Positions 1 through 10,006 of a DNA stretch of 64,000 bases are shown here, in pieces. The notes under the pieces are model-generated. The model searched no databases, had not been told where the DNA came from, and saw only the letters and a list, made by a program, of their open reading frames with translations. The first letter of the stretch is position 1. Every line of letters starts with the position of its first letter. The position numbers and the translations under genes were made by a program. Source of the DNA: Methanobacteriota archaeon (GTDB taxonomy: Archaea; Halobacteriota; Bog-38; Methanoflorentales; Methanoflorentaceae); contig CAVRAO010000002.1 in assembly GCA_963719035.1 (NCBI GenBank), forward strand, positions 448,001 to 512,000. Reading direction: 5' to 3'.

Positions 1-135
1 CAGAATGACAGATTAGCTGGTCGGCCTGTGAAAAGACAAGCGTTGCGATATGGAAACGTTTTTAGACTAGAAGAGCCTAACCGAAGGGGTGGCCTTTCTA
101 CGGGGGTTTCTACTGAATTGGCAGGTGCGCAATGA
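1..135 (+). CDS. 3' end of a CDS entering from the left edge (partial, unknown product)
   Basis: Frame 1 is open from base 1 to TGA at 133-135, which overlaps the next ATG (ATGA coupling). Confidence 0.35.
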   Translation, partial: QNDRLAGRPVKRQALRYGNVFRLEEPNRRGGLSTGVSTELAGAQ

Positions 136-359
136 CATTTAAGGATTCGCTTATCTCAGCGTTACTGATTGTCGCAGTAATTGTTATACTGATCCTCTTT
201 TTACTGCTTGGTTGGTGGATTGGTAGTCTGATACTCCCCATGCTAGCGTTCAGCGGCTGGCTTAACATCTTCGCCATCATCATCCAAACCGTGGTCGGCT
301 TGCTCATAATTGGGGTCGTAATCGTAATTGTCGGCTACATCGCTTTGAAACTTATATAG
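132..359 (+). CDS. small integral membrane protein (2-3 TM)
   Basis: 75 aa, almost entirely hydrophobic; followed by a T-rich terminator. Confidence 0.6.
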   Translation: MTFKDSLISALLIVAVIVILILFLLLGWWIGSLILPMLAFSGWLNIFAIIIQTVVGLLIIGVVIVIVGYIALKLI

Positions 360-366
360 CCGAAGC

Positions 367-397
367 GGGCTTTCAAAGCTCCTTTTTTTATTTTTTT
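367..397 (+). terminator. short hairpin plus oligo-T terminator
   Basis: GGGCTTTCAAAGCTCC followed by T7-A-T7, between convergent genes. Confidence 0.5.
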
Positions 398-449
398 AAG
401 CTGCAAACGACGCTGTGTCAGCTCATAGATGATGCAACGTAACAGGTCG

Positions 450-1553
450 TCAACTCTGTTTCTGTCGCAATGCGCGTTCCCACCCCACCTTCAAAATATT
501 CACGTCAATCTTGAACGGCAGGCCCTGCAATGCCTGGATTTGCTCTGGTGACATTGGTGCTGGCAGATTCGGCGGAACCGCTTTAATTTTTGACACGGCA
601 AACACGGATCCCCACACATCCATCATTTCTGAGCTTTCGATGAATGCTCCTTTAGCAACGCCCTCTTTGTAAGTCTCATCGCCGACGAACATATTCAAGT
701 CAAACGGTTCATACAACTTCATATCAGCAGCGTAATTTTGAAATAGGTCCCACATCAGTTTCTCAACTTTACGCTCTGGATCGCGCACGTTCAAACCGAT
801 GACCTTGCGCGCTTCACGCCTGTTAATGAAATGCGTGTGTGTGTAGAGTTTCTCGGTCATGATTTCAACGATCTGCGTAACTTTAGCCTCGTTTTTCTCA
901 CCTTTCATATGGCTCTTGAGGAGATTAGTAGCCAACATGCGGATACGCGTATGCTGTCGATAGACGTTTCCAAGCGCGAGTGGATGCACTTGCTTCGAGA
1001 GCTCGTTAAAGACATCAATAATGTGATCTTGCTCGCTGATCTTCGCCGCTTCCCGAGCGAGAGAGATATAAGCAGTAACGTCTTCGACGCTAATTCCCAG
1101 CGGAATTGCTGGATTCAACGGATCGCGAGGATTAAATTGATTCGCCGTAGTGGGGTCGACTGAACTCAGTGTGCCACCAGTCCCCATCAGTATTTCGTCT
1201 GCTCCGAGACAAATAAGAGTTCCTGCACTATGGCAATGGTAGGGTACGAGCGCTGAGAACTTAGTAGCATACTCTCGAACAAAGTTGACTAGTGGCCACG
1301 GTACATCAGCATCTCCACCACGAGTATATATGAACAAATCTAAGTGATCTATCTCTCCCAAATGATCTAAGTGATCGTAAACGAAACGCAAATGCTCTTG
1401 CGAGACTTGGCTACTCATGCCGGGGATGTTAGCATTCGTAGGACGATCCCCGGTGACATAGCAAATAACCTCGCTCCCTCGCAACTCTTGCAGTTCTTTA
1501 ATGATGTCAAGTCGCTGCTTTGTTAGCTCCGAGGCCTCTGTGAGACTGCTCAT
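450..1553 (-). CDS. SDH-family Clp-fold serine protease (DUF114-like)
   Basis: LFIYTRGG, VPYHCHSAGTLICLGADEI and LSSVDP motifs. Confidence 0.8.
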   Translation of the reverse strand: MSSLTEASELTKQRLDIIKELQELRGSEVICYVTGDRPTNANIPGMSSQVSQEHLRFVYDHLDHLGEIDHLDLFIYTRGGDADVPWPLVNFVREYATKFSALVPYHCHSAGTLICLGADEILMGTGGTLSSVDPTTANQFNPRDPLNPAIPLGISVEDVTAYISLAREAAKISEQDHIIDVFNELSKQVHPLALGNVYRQHTRIRMLATNLLKSHMKGEKNEAKVTQIVEIMTEKLYTHTHFINRREARKVIGLNVRDPERKVEKLMWDLFQNYAADMKLYEPFDLNMFVGDETYKEGVAKGAFIESSEMMDVWGSVFAVSKIKAVPPNLPAPMSPEQIQALQGLPFKIDVNILKVGWERALRQKQS

Positions 1554-1830
1554 GTTTCACCCTATCAAGAATGTCGTATATAAATCTGTCATCTTTACGA
1601 GCACAATTGCAACGACGACACTTAGCGAAGACAGATTGTTGCACGTTCGCTAGAAATCGGATTTTTGCTTTCCTCGCACATAAAGCGTTTCAAGTTGAGA
1701 CGTTTAAGTGAGTGTAATGTCTGAACATGTTTTTGAGATTGGCGTAAATGATGCTCCCGCGTCACAGCGAGAGAGAGAGTGCGCATAATCATTTTGGCCC
1801 CCTCAAAAGATATTGTGCTCACATGTTACT

Positions 1831-4644
1831 TCAATTATGCCAGAACCGACGTGTCCGCGTATAATGGCGCTCATTCCTCAAAATATCGCGGTAAAATCCT
1901 TCCTCATCCACGCGTGACTTCCGTATAACTCTAGAAGCTGCTTCAGGACCAAGTCCTCGAGAGGCTAACGCTATAACACCTTTTTTCCCGTGTGAAAGCA
2001 CTAGGTTGGCATTTCTATAAACGCGCTTTGTCCGCGCTTTATCTTCAGCCGTCTTAGCCTTTTCAGATTTTTTCACGATGACAACTTCTTCGTCTTCCCA
2101 CGGTTTTAGGGCGGCGATCAATTTTGAGTTACATAACGGACATTGTGGCTGTTCAGGCACGCTTGCTACGTTAATTTTTGATTTCCATTTCTTGCAAGTG
2201 AGACAAAAAAGGATAACCCGATCGTTTAAAATCCTATTTTTGAGCGCCATGAGGATTGATCTATCGGGGTTGTCGGTTACGAGTAGCTCGCGAGTGCCAT
2301 AATGGCGTTGCCTGCTGAGGGGGCTTAATTTCGATGTGACGACCTGTATTTTATTTTCCTGTATTTGTCTTAGCACGTCACTGGTGCGCTCAAAATCGAG
2401 CTTAGTGTTTGCTATGTCGTGTATAGCTTCCTCGTAAACGGGGGTATCTTTGAGCAATTCGGTCAGTTTATTGATATTTAGATACTTGTGTTCCACATCA
2501 CGCTCTATTACGCCAAACTTGCGGGCTACATGAACGAGCTTCCACTTCAACAGCATGCTGTTTTTTAACGTCATTTCAATCAATGGCTTAACAAACTCTG
2601 GTTTTAATTGTTGCACCAATGCAACAATCTGCTCAGCGCTCACAACATTAGGGAGCTCAAGCTGTATCCAATACGGATTGACCTCCATCGCAACACTCGC
2701 GCCCAAACGTGCAGCAAGCAATGAAGTGATGACCCGGCCTAACGTCTCGTTAATCTTATGACCAAAGCAAGCGTGAATGATTGCTGTTTTCGCGTCGACT
2801 TCAACAACAAGCCTTTTGTCAGTCGGAATCGCGAATTCTTTTTGGCGTTCAAATAGGTCAACGACACGTCGCACCGTATGGGGATCTGTGCGATAATCCT
2901 GCAGAAGACGACTGTTTGCAGCCTTGGAGGAAGCTTTGGCTATTTGCTCCCTAAGTTTCCCCACATCAGCAGCGACTTCGTAAGGCACAGGTATCTGCTC
3001 GCCCACCCAGCTCGGAATTTCACCTGTAGAGCGTTCTATAGGCTCAACTTTAACGCGCTCATCATCGATGTCTAAAATGCGCCACATCTCTCCTTTTGTA
3101 ACGAAAACGGCGCCAGGCTCAGCAAAAGCAACTACAAATGTCTCGTCAAGAGTTCCGATCCACTTCCCATCAATCGTGTCATAGATGCCATAAGTTTTTT
3201 CATCTGGGATCATGGAGAGGTTCTCGTAGCAATACCGTCGGGTTTTACCCATCTTTTTAATGATCGGTTCTCTTTCTTCACCCTCAACTTTTAACAGCCA
3301 TTGTTGCTGTAAGAGCTTCACCGTCTCAACGAACTCATCCAATGCCAAGTTTCGATACGGGTAGGCTTTTTTGATAATTCTTAAAGCCCTCCCAGCCGGT
3401 ACAGCCCCGTTCAAGATCAAGAAACACAACTGGTTTGCTAGAACGTCTAAAGCTTGATAATTAACTAAAACAGGCTCAATCTCGTTTTTTCGCGCTCGGC
3501 GCGTTATCACCCACGACTCCATAATATCATCAACGTGAGCGGTGATAATGGTGCCCTCTGATGTTTCTCCGATCCGATGTCCAGCGCGGCCGACACGCTG
3601 CAGCAGTCTCGTAACTTCGCGCGGTGAATTGTATTGAACGACGTGTTCGACGTCCCCTATGTCTATCCCTAGTTCCATTGACGAGGTACAGATTAAGCCC
3701 TTTTTTTTGCCGGCCTTAAACTCGTTCTCTGCCTCTATGCGTGCCTCCTTCGAAAGAGATCCGTGATGAACACCGACGTCAGTACCACGAAAAAGAGAAC
3801 CGAGCGCCTCAGCTGCTTGTCGTGTGTTAACAAATATAAGTGTGGATTTGTGGTCGTCCACAATGTTGCGAAGAACGCGAAAATGACTTGCGAGTTCCAG
3901 CGCAATTTCCCTTGATTTGGCCACAGCTTCATCTGCTCTAGTGATCTCGGGTTTTGTAACGACAAAATTCGACGTTCTTGCAGCAGGAGCCTCGAGAACT
4001 GAGACTGCCCTTCCATTTCCGACAAGAAAGTGGCCCATCTCCTGTGGACTTCCAACGGTAGCAGAAAGCCCTATCCTTTGAAACTCTCCGACTAAGTCTG
4101 CCAAGCGCTCAAGGCCTAAACTCAGCTGGGCTCCGCGTTTAGAACTCGCAAGGTCGTGGATTTCGTCAATAACAACGAACTTGACGGATTGTAAATTCTC
4201 TCGCAGCCGTCGACCCATGAGCATTGCTTGTAGCGTTTCAGGGGTCGTAATTAGCAGGTCAGGCGGGGCGAGAGTCTGTCGCCGCCTCTCAGATTTGGAC
4301 GTATCACCATGTCGAACGGCGATCGAGAACCCTAACTTCTCGCTCCACCAATCAAGCCTCGCCAGCATGTCCCTATTCAGCGCTCGAAGTGGGGTGATAT
4401 ACAGAATAATTATTCCCTTTCGCTGTTGGACTTCGAGCAGCTTGCTGAACACCGGGAGCATCGCTGCTTCTGTCTTACCTGTTCCCGTTGGGGCGATGAG
4501 AAGGACGTTTTTCTCCTCGAGCACGCTTGGAATTGCCAAGCGCTGCACTTCTGAAAGCGGACCAAATCGGCTGACAAATGCATCCTTCACGTGGGGATGG
4601 AGTGAGTCAACTATAGATTTTTCGAGGCTTTTGCTAGCGACCAT
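1831..4644 (-). CDS. lhr: ATP-dependent Lhr-family DEAD/H helicase with C-terminal Cys4 zinc motif
   Basis: APTGTGKT, TPLRALNRD, DEIH, SAT, QRVGRAGH, IPSWVGE; CLTC...CPLC near the C-terminus. Confidence 0.92.
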   Translation of the reverse strand: MVASKSLEKSIVDSLHPHVKDAFVSRFGPLSEVQRLAIPSVLEEKNVLLIAPTGTGKTEAAMLPVFSKLLEVQQRKGIIILYITPLRALNRDMLARLDWWSEKLGFSIAVRHGDTSKSERRRQTLAPPDLLITTPETLQAMLMGRRLRENLQSVKFVVIDEIHDLASSKRGAQLSLGLERLADLVGEFQRIGLSATVGSPQEMGHFLVGNGRAVSVLEAPAARTSNFVVTKPEITRADEAVAKSREIALELASHFRVLRNIVDDHKSTLIFVNTRQAAEALGSLFRGTDVGVHHGSLSKEARIEAENEFKAGKKKGLICTSSMELGIDIGDVEHVVQYNSPREVTRLLQRVGRAGHRIGETSEGTIITAHVDDIMESWVITRRARKNEIEPVLVNYQALDVLANQLCFLILNGAVPAGRALRIIKKAYPYRNLALDEFVETVKLLQQQWLLKVEGEEREPIIKKMGKTRRYCYENLSMIPDEKTYGIYDTIDGKWIGTLDETFVVAFAEPGAVFVTKGEMWRILDIDDERVKVEPIERSTGEIPSWVGEQIPVPYEVAADVGKLREQIAKASSKAANSRLLQDYRTDPHTVRRVVDLFERQKEFAIPTDKRLVVEVDAKTAIIHACFGHKINETLGRVITSLLAARLGASVAMEVNPYWIQLELPNVVSAEQIVALVQQLKPEFVKPLIEMTLKNSMLLKWKLVHVARKFGVIERDVEHKYLNINKLTELLKDTPVYEEAIHDIANTKLDFERTSDVLRQIQENKIQVVTSKLSPLSRQRHYGTRELLVTDNPDRSILMALKNRILNDRVILFCLTCKKWKSKINVASVPEQPQCPLCNSKLIAALKPWEDEEVVIVKKSEKAKTAEDKARTKRVYRNANLVLSHGKKGVIALASRGLGPEAASRVIRKSRVDEEGFYRDILRNERHYTRTRRFWHN

Positions 4645-4766
4645 CGGTAACGTTCAACGGGAAGCTTCCGCTTCGCATACCTTTACGACACTCATCACTC
4701 ACGAACAAAGGATTATTCGACTAGAGCGACAATCTCCGCTCTTCGACATGGCTCCATAATCTGATC

Positions 4767-4813
4767 CAAAAAAAGAAAAGGAATCCCCAATTTGCCTTAA
4801 AAGCAAGTTGGGG
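4767..4813 (-). terminator. mer terminator
   Basis: Inverted repeat CCCCAATTTGC...GCAAGTTGGGG (4785-4813) followed on the minus strand by T tracts. Confidence 0.6.
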
Positions 4814-4841
4814 TTGATAGACTTTTGACCTGTTCTCTCAA

Positions 4842-5894
4842 CTAACAGCGTCCCGCGAACGATGGGATAACATCCTTTCCGCAAATATTTATTGCCGCTT
4901 CAACGTCCGGACCTGTGGGGCTGCCAATTATAACCTGCGTCACTCCAGTGTCGAGCAACGCTTCGATCTTCTTGTTGCAGGTATCTGCGTCGCCCGCTAT
5001 GACGAATGCGTCGATCATGTTGTCATCCACTAACGGCCCGACATCACCCCACTTACCAGCGCCGATAGCGTCAGCGATGGCTTTAGCCGTTGCGAGTGGA
5101 ATACCGTGTCGCTCGAGCACAGGCGGCGGAGAGCCCATCGTAATAAACGCAGCAACCATTTTGGCTGATTTGCGTGCCTTCGCCAAATCAGGCCCGATAG
5201 AAAACGCCGTGTATGCACCCACGTCGAAGTCGCTCATAGACCTTCCACTCGATCCAACTCCCTCTTGGATGTGTGGCATCGCCGCTACGTAGTCTTTCTC
5301 ATTGGACGCGTTGATAAGCACTCCGTCAGCAATTTCTCCAGCAGTTTTAAGCATGCCAGGACCTTGCGCGCCCATGTAAAAGGGCACCTTGTCCTTCTGC
5401 GGGCCAGTAAAGTCAAGCTTTGCACCCGTAACTTTTACTGTCTCACCAGCAAAATCAACGCTTTCACCGGCCAGCAGCTTGTAGACGACTTCTTTGGCCT
5501 CTTTAATTGCACTCAGGGGCTTCTTGATGCTCCAGTCGCCGCTCCAGATTGCGGGCGCTGGGAATCCAAATCCCATACGGTCAAACGTCGCCTTGTCGCC
5601 AGGACCCATGCCTAGATTGACACGCCCACCTGATATTTCATCAATTGTAGCTATCGCGTTCGCAGTCAGCAAGGCATTTCGCGTGAAGGGATTCGTAATG
5701 CCCGTACCGGGGCGTATAGTCGATGTCTTCAGTGATATGAGTGTGAGCATTGGATAGACATTTCGGTTGTTATAGTGGTCAGTAATCCACGCGTACTTAA
5801 AGCCGTTGTCTTCCGCTAACTTTACCCTATCCGCACACTGATTCGGCGGCATATTAGGGACAAACTCTATGCCAAAATTTATTTCCTTAGCCAT
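4842..5894 (-). CDS. mer: F420-dependent methylenetetrahydromethanopterin reductase
   Basis: FGIEFVP, WITDHYNNRNVY, GPGDKATF, YMGAQGP, VLINASN. Confidence 0.95.
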   Translation of the reverse strand: MAKEINFGIEFVPNMPPNQCADRVKLAEDNGFKYAWITDHYNNRNVYPMLTLISLKTSTIRPGTGITNPFTRNALLTANAIATIDEISGGRVNLGMGPGDKATFDRMGFGFPAPAIWSGDWSIKKPLSAIKEAKEVVYKLLAGESVDFAGETVKVTGAKLDFTGPQKDKVPFYMGAQGPGMLKTAGEIADGVLINASNEKDYVAAMPHIQEGVGSSGRSMSDFDVGAYTAFSIGPDLAKARKSAKMVAAFITMGSPPPVLERHGIPLATAKAIADAIGAGKWGDVGPLVDDNMIDAFVIAGDADTCNKKIEALLDTGVTQVIIGSPTGPDVEAAINICGKDVIPSFAGRC

Positions 5895-6326
5895 TTTTTC
5901 ACAACCATTACTTGGTTTATGTAACCCTCGAATATGTCAAAAAGGAAGTACGAGAGGTTATCTTCAAATTCTTTTTCCTCAATATTAATATATCGGTCTT
6001 TAAAAACACGGTGTTTTTCGCAATAAAAATAGGAATTCTGATTTCGCAAGCTAGGAGCCGCTGCAACTTATTTAAGGGGGTTAGACCACACCAATTGTTT
6101 TCACGATAAACAACGAAGAACATACGATACGCGCGTCGCTCCGCGTGTAAAAACAGAAATAACAGGTGATTATCGCCTCAGAAAAGAATACAGAACACCC
6201 TACGAGAAAAGTGCGGCTAAATCCATCTTAATCTTTATTTATAATCTGAATCTTAAATAGATTCCAAAGAAAAGAACGCCGAGAAGCTAAAGAACTGAAC
6301 ACGTTTTTTGTGGAGTCCGAACGCCA

Positions 6327-7242
6327 TTACATTGAAGGAACTCCGAAAAACTGGATAAGATACGTTCCCGCAAAGATCGCAATAAGTCCGAGCACTTTCA
6401 AGGCGACATCCATCTTTGTGAGTTCCTCCCTGAGCACCCGGGGAAATCGATAGGACAGAATCGTTGCGAATAACAACACGAAGAGCGGCTGTGTCGCGCC
6501 GACGGAGCTTATCAGTGTTATGGGGCCGTGCGCAATCGCATAGTTGTAGGCAAATACGGCGACGTATGCTACTGCCTGTTCAGCGACGATTATAACGCCA
6601 ATTTGCCTGCTTGTTATCTTATATGTCGTGATAAGTGAACTCCTAAAGGGCTTAAATGGGATAAACTGAAAGAAGGTTATGAACCCTGCGATTTGCACCC
6701 AAATGAAGATAGTATAAAAGTCCTGCACCGAAAACAAGTATTTCAAAGCGACGCTGTACAACGCCAATAAGAACGATGCGAGGATCATCAGATAAAAAGC
6801 TAGTGAGATGCGAATTCCCTTAGTTAGTCTAATGGCGAACAGCGTCCCTCCAAGAACTAACAGCCCGAATGCGACGTAATCCTGTGGTCTAAGTGCTTCG
6901 TGCAGAACCACGCTCGAGAGGATCAACACGAATACGGGAGTCAGCTGAAGAAGGGGGATAACTCGCGACACCTCTTCAACCATGAGTGCCTTGAAATAAG
7001 GCAAGGTGTAGTAGATGCGGACGAAGCCGACAAGAATTGTAAACGCGAGTATTCCTAGCGGTAACGGTGTTAAATGAAAGAAGGCAAGTGTTACTAGCGG
7101 CATGAGGCTTGTGGCACTTATTACTAACACATAGACTAGCGGTGGTATTTTGTAGTCGGAAATCAGGATCTTATCAATGATGTTTACGCCAGAAATGAGT
7201 ACCTGACGACAGCAATGCAAAATAGAACCACTCTACTGCCAT
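6327..7242 (-). pseudogene. EamA/DMT transporter with a +1 frameshift near 7203 (possibly a sequencing error)
   Basis: ATG at 7242 gives MAVEWFYFALLSS; one extra base (TCA-G-GTA) separates it from VLISGVNIIDK...; two EamA repeats. Confidence 0.75.
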
Positions 7243-7397
7243 AAGGGGGGGCCTGTAGCCTCGTGTTAGCTTTTAAGCTACTTACAGTTTGCGAGTTTCC
7301 TTCCGCTTAGCCGTCTGCAAAGAATGGCAGCCGGAGCATATTTAGCGTGAAACACCGAGAATATAGTTTGGTAGAAGCTCGTTAGATCAGCGCGAGT

Positions 7398-8258
7398 TTA
7401 TTTTTCGCTCCGACGAGTCCTTCTTGATTTGCCGCTTTCTCGCGCGAGGTTTCTCAGTTGCCCTACAGTTCCCAGATATGTGCCGTCCAGCATGTAGACT
7501 TCCGCTTGTTTGAGCAATATCGCGCGATTGGCAAAAAGTGGCCCTAGCAGGGTTTCATAAGTGGCTTCGTTGAAAGCGATTCCCCCAACAAGCTCATTAA
7601 AAGCGGGCATAATGATGACACGCGGGTCGTTATAGCGTTCGAGTTTTGGATATCGTTTTCGAAAAACGCCCTCAACAAAGCAGGCCCGAATCCAAACCGG
7701 CTTCGAACTTACATAGCCCAGCGGGTCAGCAAGGCGAACGATTGGATGGTTGTGCCCCATAATAACATGACTACAACCTAAGAGCTCTGTGGAAGGCCAC
7801 GTGTGGCCGTGTACTAGGCCCATATCGTTGATTCTACACCCTTTTGATGGATGGATTCTGATTCCGAACCGTGTGTCGCGAGGAATCAAATATTCGATGC
7901 CCCCGTCATGATTACCTGGAAGTACGTCCACGGGAACGCACTCAGCTATCGATCGCAGAAAATACGGGACGTCGTGTCGCTCCAACGGCGAGGTTTTTGA
8001 GATGCAATGCTTTATATCTCCCAGAAGCACAACACGTCGCGCTTTGACCTTGCTCAAAAACCGTAAGACCCGTTCAATGCGTCGCTCTATTTGTGATGGA
8101 ATATGTATACCGCTTAGCGATAGCTCATGCTCAATTCCGATATGCAGATCAGCCAACACGAGCGCATCGCCAACGGTCAGCGCAGGTTCATTAACAACAG
8201 GCTGCGGTTCAGCAAAGCCAATCCGATTGCTGCGTCCAAATCCATCGTTTTGCTCCAT
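7398..8258 (-). CDS. metallophosphoesterase (ICC-like, the type often linked to Lhr)
   Basis: ADLHIG, LGDIKH, GNHDG, HGH, GHNHP, MPAFN. Confidence 0.85.
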   Translation of the reverse strand: MEQNDGFGRSNRIGFAEPQPVVNEPALTVGDALVLADLHIGIEHELSLSGIHIPSQIERRIERVLRFLSKVKARRVVLLGDIKHCISKTSPLERHDVPYFLRSIAECVPVDVLPGNHDGGIEYLIPRDTRFGIRIHPSKGCRINDMGLVHGHTWPSTELLGCSHVIMGHNHPIVRLADPLGYVSSKPVWIRACFVEGVFRKRYPKLERYNDPRVIIMPAFNELVGGIAFNEATYETLLGPLFANRAILLKQAEVYMLDGTYLGTVGQLRNLARESGKSRRTRRSEK

Positions 8259-8388
8259 CTTCGCTCAAAATGCTTTCCTTGGTAACTTCAAAAAAGAAGT
8301 GGTGTCCTAGCTCCGGGAACAAAATAAGTGCGCGACAAACAACTGAATTTAGCGTGATGACCGAAAGAATGTCCAACCAATCTGCGTC

Positions 8389-8790
8389 CTAACGCTGAAA
8401 CGAGGTGCGAACTAGCATGCTCGTTTGGCCATTATTCATTCCGACCGCGACCCACACTATGTCTTGTCCCTTCGCGAACGTGATCAAACCCCCGGTTTCA
8501 TTAGTGCTCGTGAAGCTTACGTTGTAGCCTCTTTCTTGCATTTGAGATTTATAGAACTCTAGAACCTGTGTCGGAGTATCGTTCGTTTGGTAGGTTATGA
8601 TTTGCCCAGCGAACGGAAAACTCGAGTACGACGTTCTGTTCGCGTTGGGAAATTCGGGCACGTTAAGTGGCTCTTTGCCGGGTTGCGTAACATTTTCTAT
8701 TTTGACGGTGCAGCCGGAGCACGCCAGAGCCAAGCCTGCGACAATGAGAACTATCAGAACGGCCTTCAAAAAATTCATTAGCACCCCCAT
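8389..8790 (-). CDS. putative lipoprotein
   Basis: Signal peptide ending LACSGC. Confidence 0.6.
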   Translation of the reverse strand: MGVLMNFLKAVLIVLIVAGLALACSGCTVKIENVTQPGKEPLNVPEFPNANRTSYSSFPFAGQIITYQTNDTPTQVLEFYKSQMQERGYNVSFTSTNETGGLITFAKGQDIVWVAVGMNNGQTSMLVRTSFQR

Positions 8791-8967
8791 TGCTCAGGTT
8801 TGAAATAAATCTTGTGGTGGATGTTTGGTTTGCCCAGTTAACTGGCGCTCGTTTCTCAAAATTGCGTAACTCTGCTCAAAGCGCCTTATGAAGCGACTTA
8901 TTCTGCAGGTCAACGTATATCGATAAGTTTTACGTTATCGGTGCGTATATAGTGCGAGGTTAATCAC

Positions 8968-9249
8968 ATGTTATCAACCATTCCTATAGATTTGAATGAG
9001 ATTGACAAAAAAAATATTGATAAAGAAATCTTGCGAGCAGGCATCATTGCAGAGCTTGATGCTGTTAATCTGTACGAACAGATGGCCGCTATGACAAAAA
9101 ACGCAGCGATACTAGCTACTCTGTTGGACATTGCTAAGGAAGAAAAAACCCACGTGGGCGAATTCCAAGCGCTTCTCTTACAGCTAGATCAAGAACAGGC
9201 CGATGAGCTAGAGCATGGAAAAAGAGAAGTGGAGGAGTTGGCAGAATAA
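8968..9249 (+). CDS. short ferritin-like protein (encapsulated-ferritin/rubrerythrin type)
   Basis: AELDAVNLYEQ...EEKTHVGEF di-iron motifs. Confidence 0.85.
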   Translation: MLSTIPIDLNEIDKKNIDKEILRAGIIAELDAVNLYEQMAAMTKNAAILATLLDIAKEEKTHVGEFQALLLQLDQEQADELEHGKREVEELAE

Positions 9250-9373
9250 GAGCTTGGATAAAAATAGTTGCTAAACCCTACAGTAGTTAAGCGAGAACAG
9301 AAGAGACGAACACTAAGCGAAAGCTGCAAAAAAATAATTCAAAAAAAAGGCGGCTTAGGCAAAACCTTCAGAT

Positions 9374-9667
9374 TTGCTGATGTCGTACAAAACGGCAAGA
9401 ATGATCGATGGCAATCTAGCTGCATTGGTAGCTCTTCCTATTTTAGCAGCATTTTTGATCATATATTTGCTGAGAATAGACGACAACGTCGGGCATCTTT
9501 TTATGCTAATGGGTGGTGGTTTATGCGCCATAGCGCTGCTCCCATATGTGTTCAACACGCCAAGTGACATCACCACCGTACTTCTCATTCTTGGCCTCGG
9601 ATGCATAGCATGGGGTCTGACTTTGAGGAAAAAGAGATTCAGACCGCAAAAAAAACGCGCTTGGTAA
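9374..9667 (+). CDS. small 3-TM membrane protein
   Basis: Three hydrophobic segments and a basic tail. Confidence 0.5.
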   Translation: MLMSYKTARMIDGNLAALVALPILAAFLIIYLLRIDDNVGHLFMLMGGGLCAIALLPYVFNTPSDITTVLLILGLGCIAWGLTLRKKRFRPQKKRAW

Positions 9668-10006
9668 CTATGGGTCCTTGCTTAAATGCTCTTTGCTTAT
9701 AGCCTTCTCCTCAAACCGTGCTGGCGTCTTGAGTGCAACGCTAGCGAAGCTGAGATCATATCGTTTCAACACTCAAAGTTCAAGCATAGCTGCTTAGCAT
9801 TTTTGGTGGGAGTCAGCTTCACAACTTGATGTGAATCGTCGTTTTGAGTGAGAACGTAGCAGGACTTCTATAGCACCCAAATCCTGAGACTTTGAAAAAC
9901 AAATCAAGTAAGCTTTATAGCGCTGCTTGCAAATATTACATGAGGGCCATTTAGTTCGTATCATTGCGTTATTATTTTAGATCAATTCTTCAGAGTGGAT
10001 ATTTGA

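Noticed and set aside
8968-9249. Encapsulin nanocompartment system
   Set aside because: A ferritin-like cargo homolog is present but there is no shell gene nearby and no evident targeting peptide
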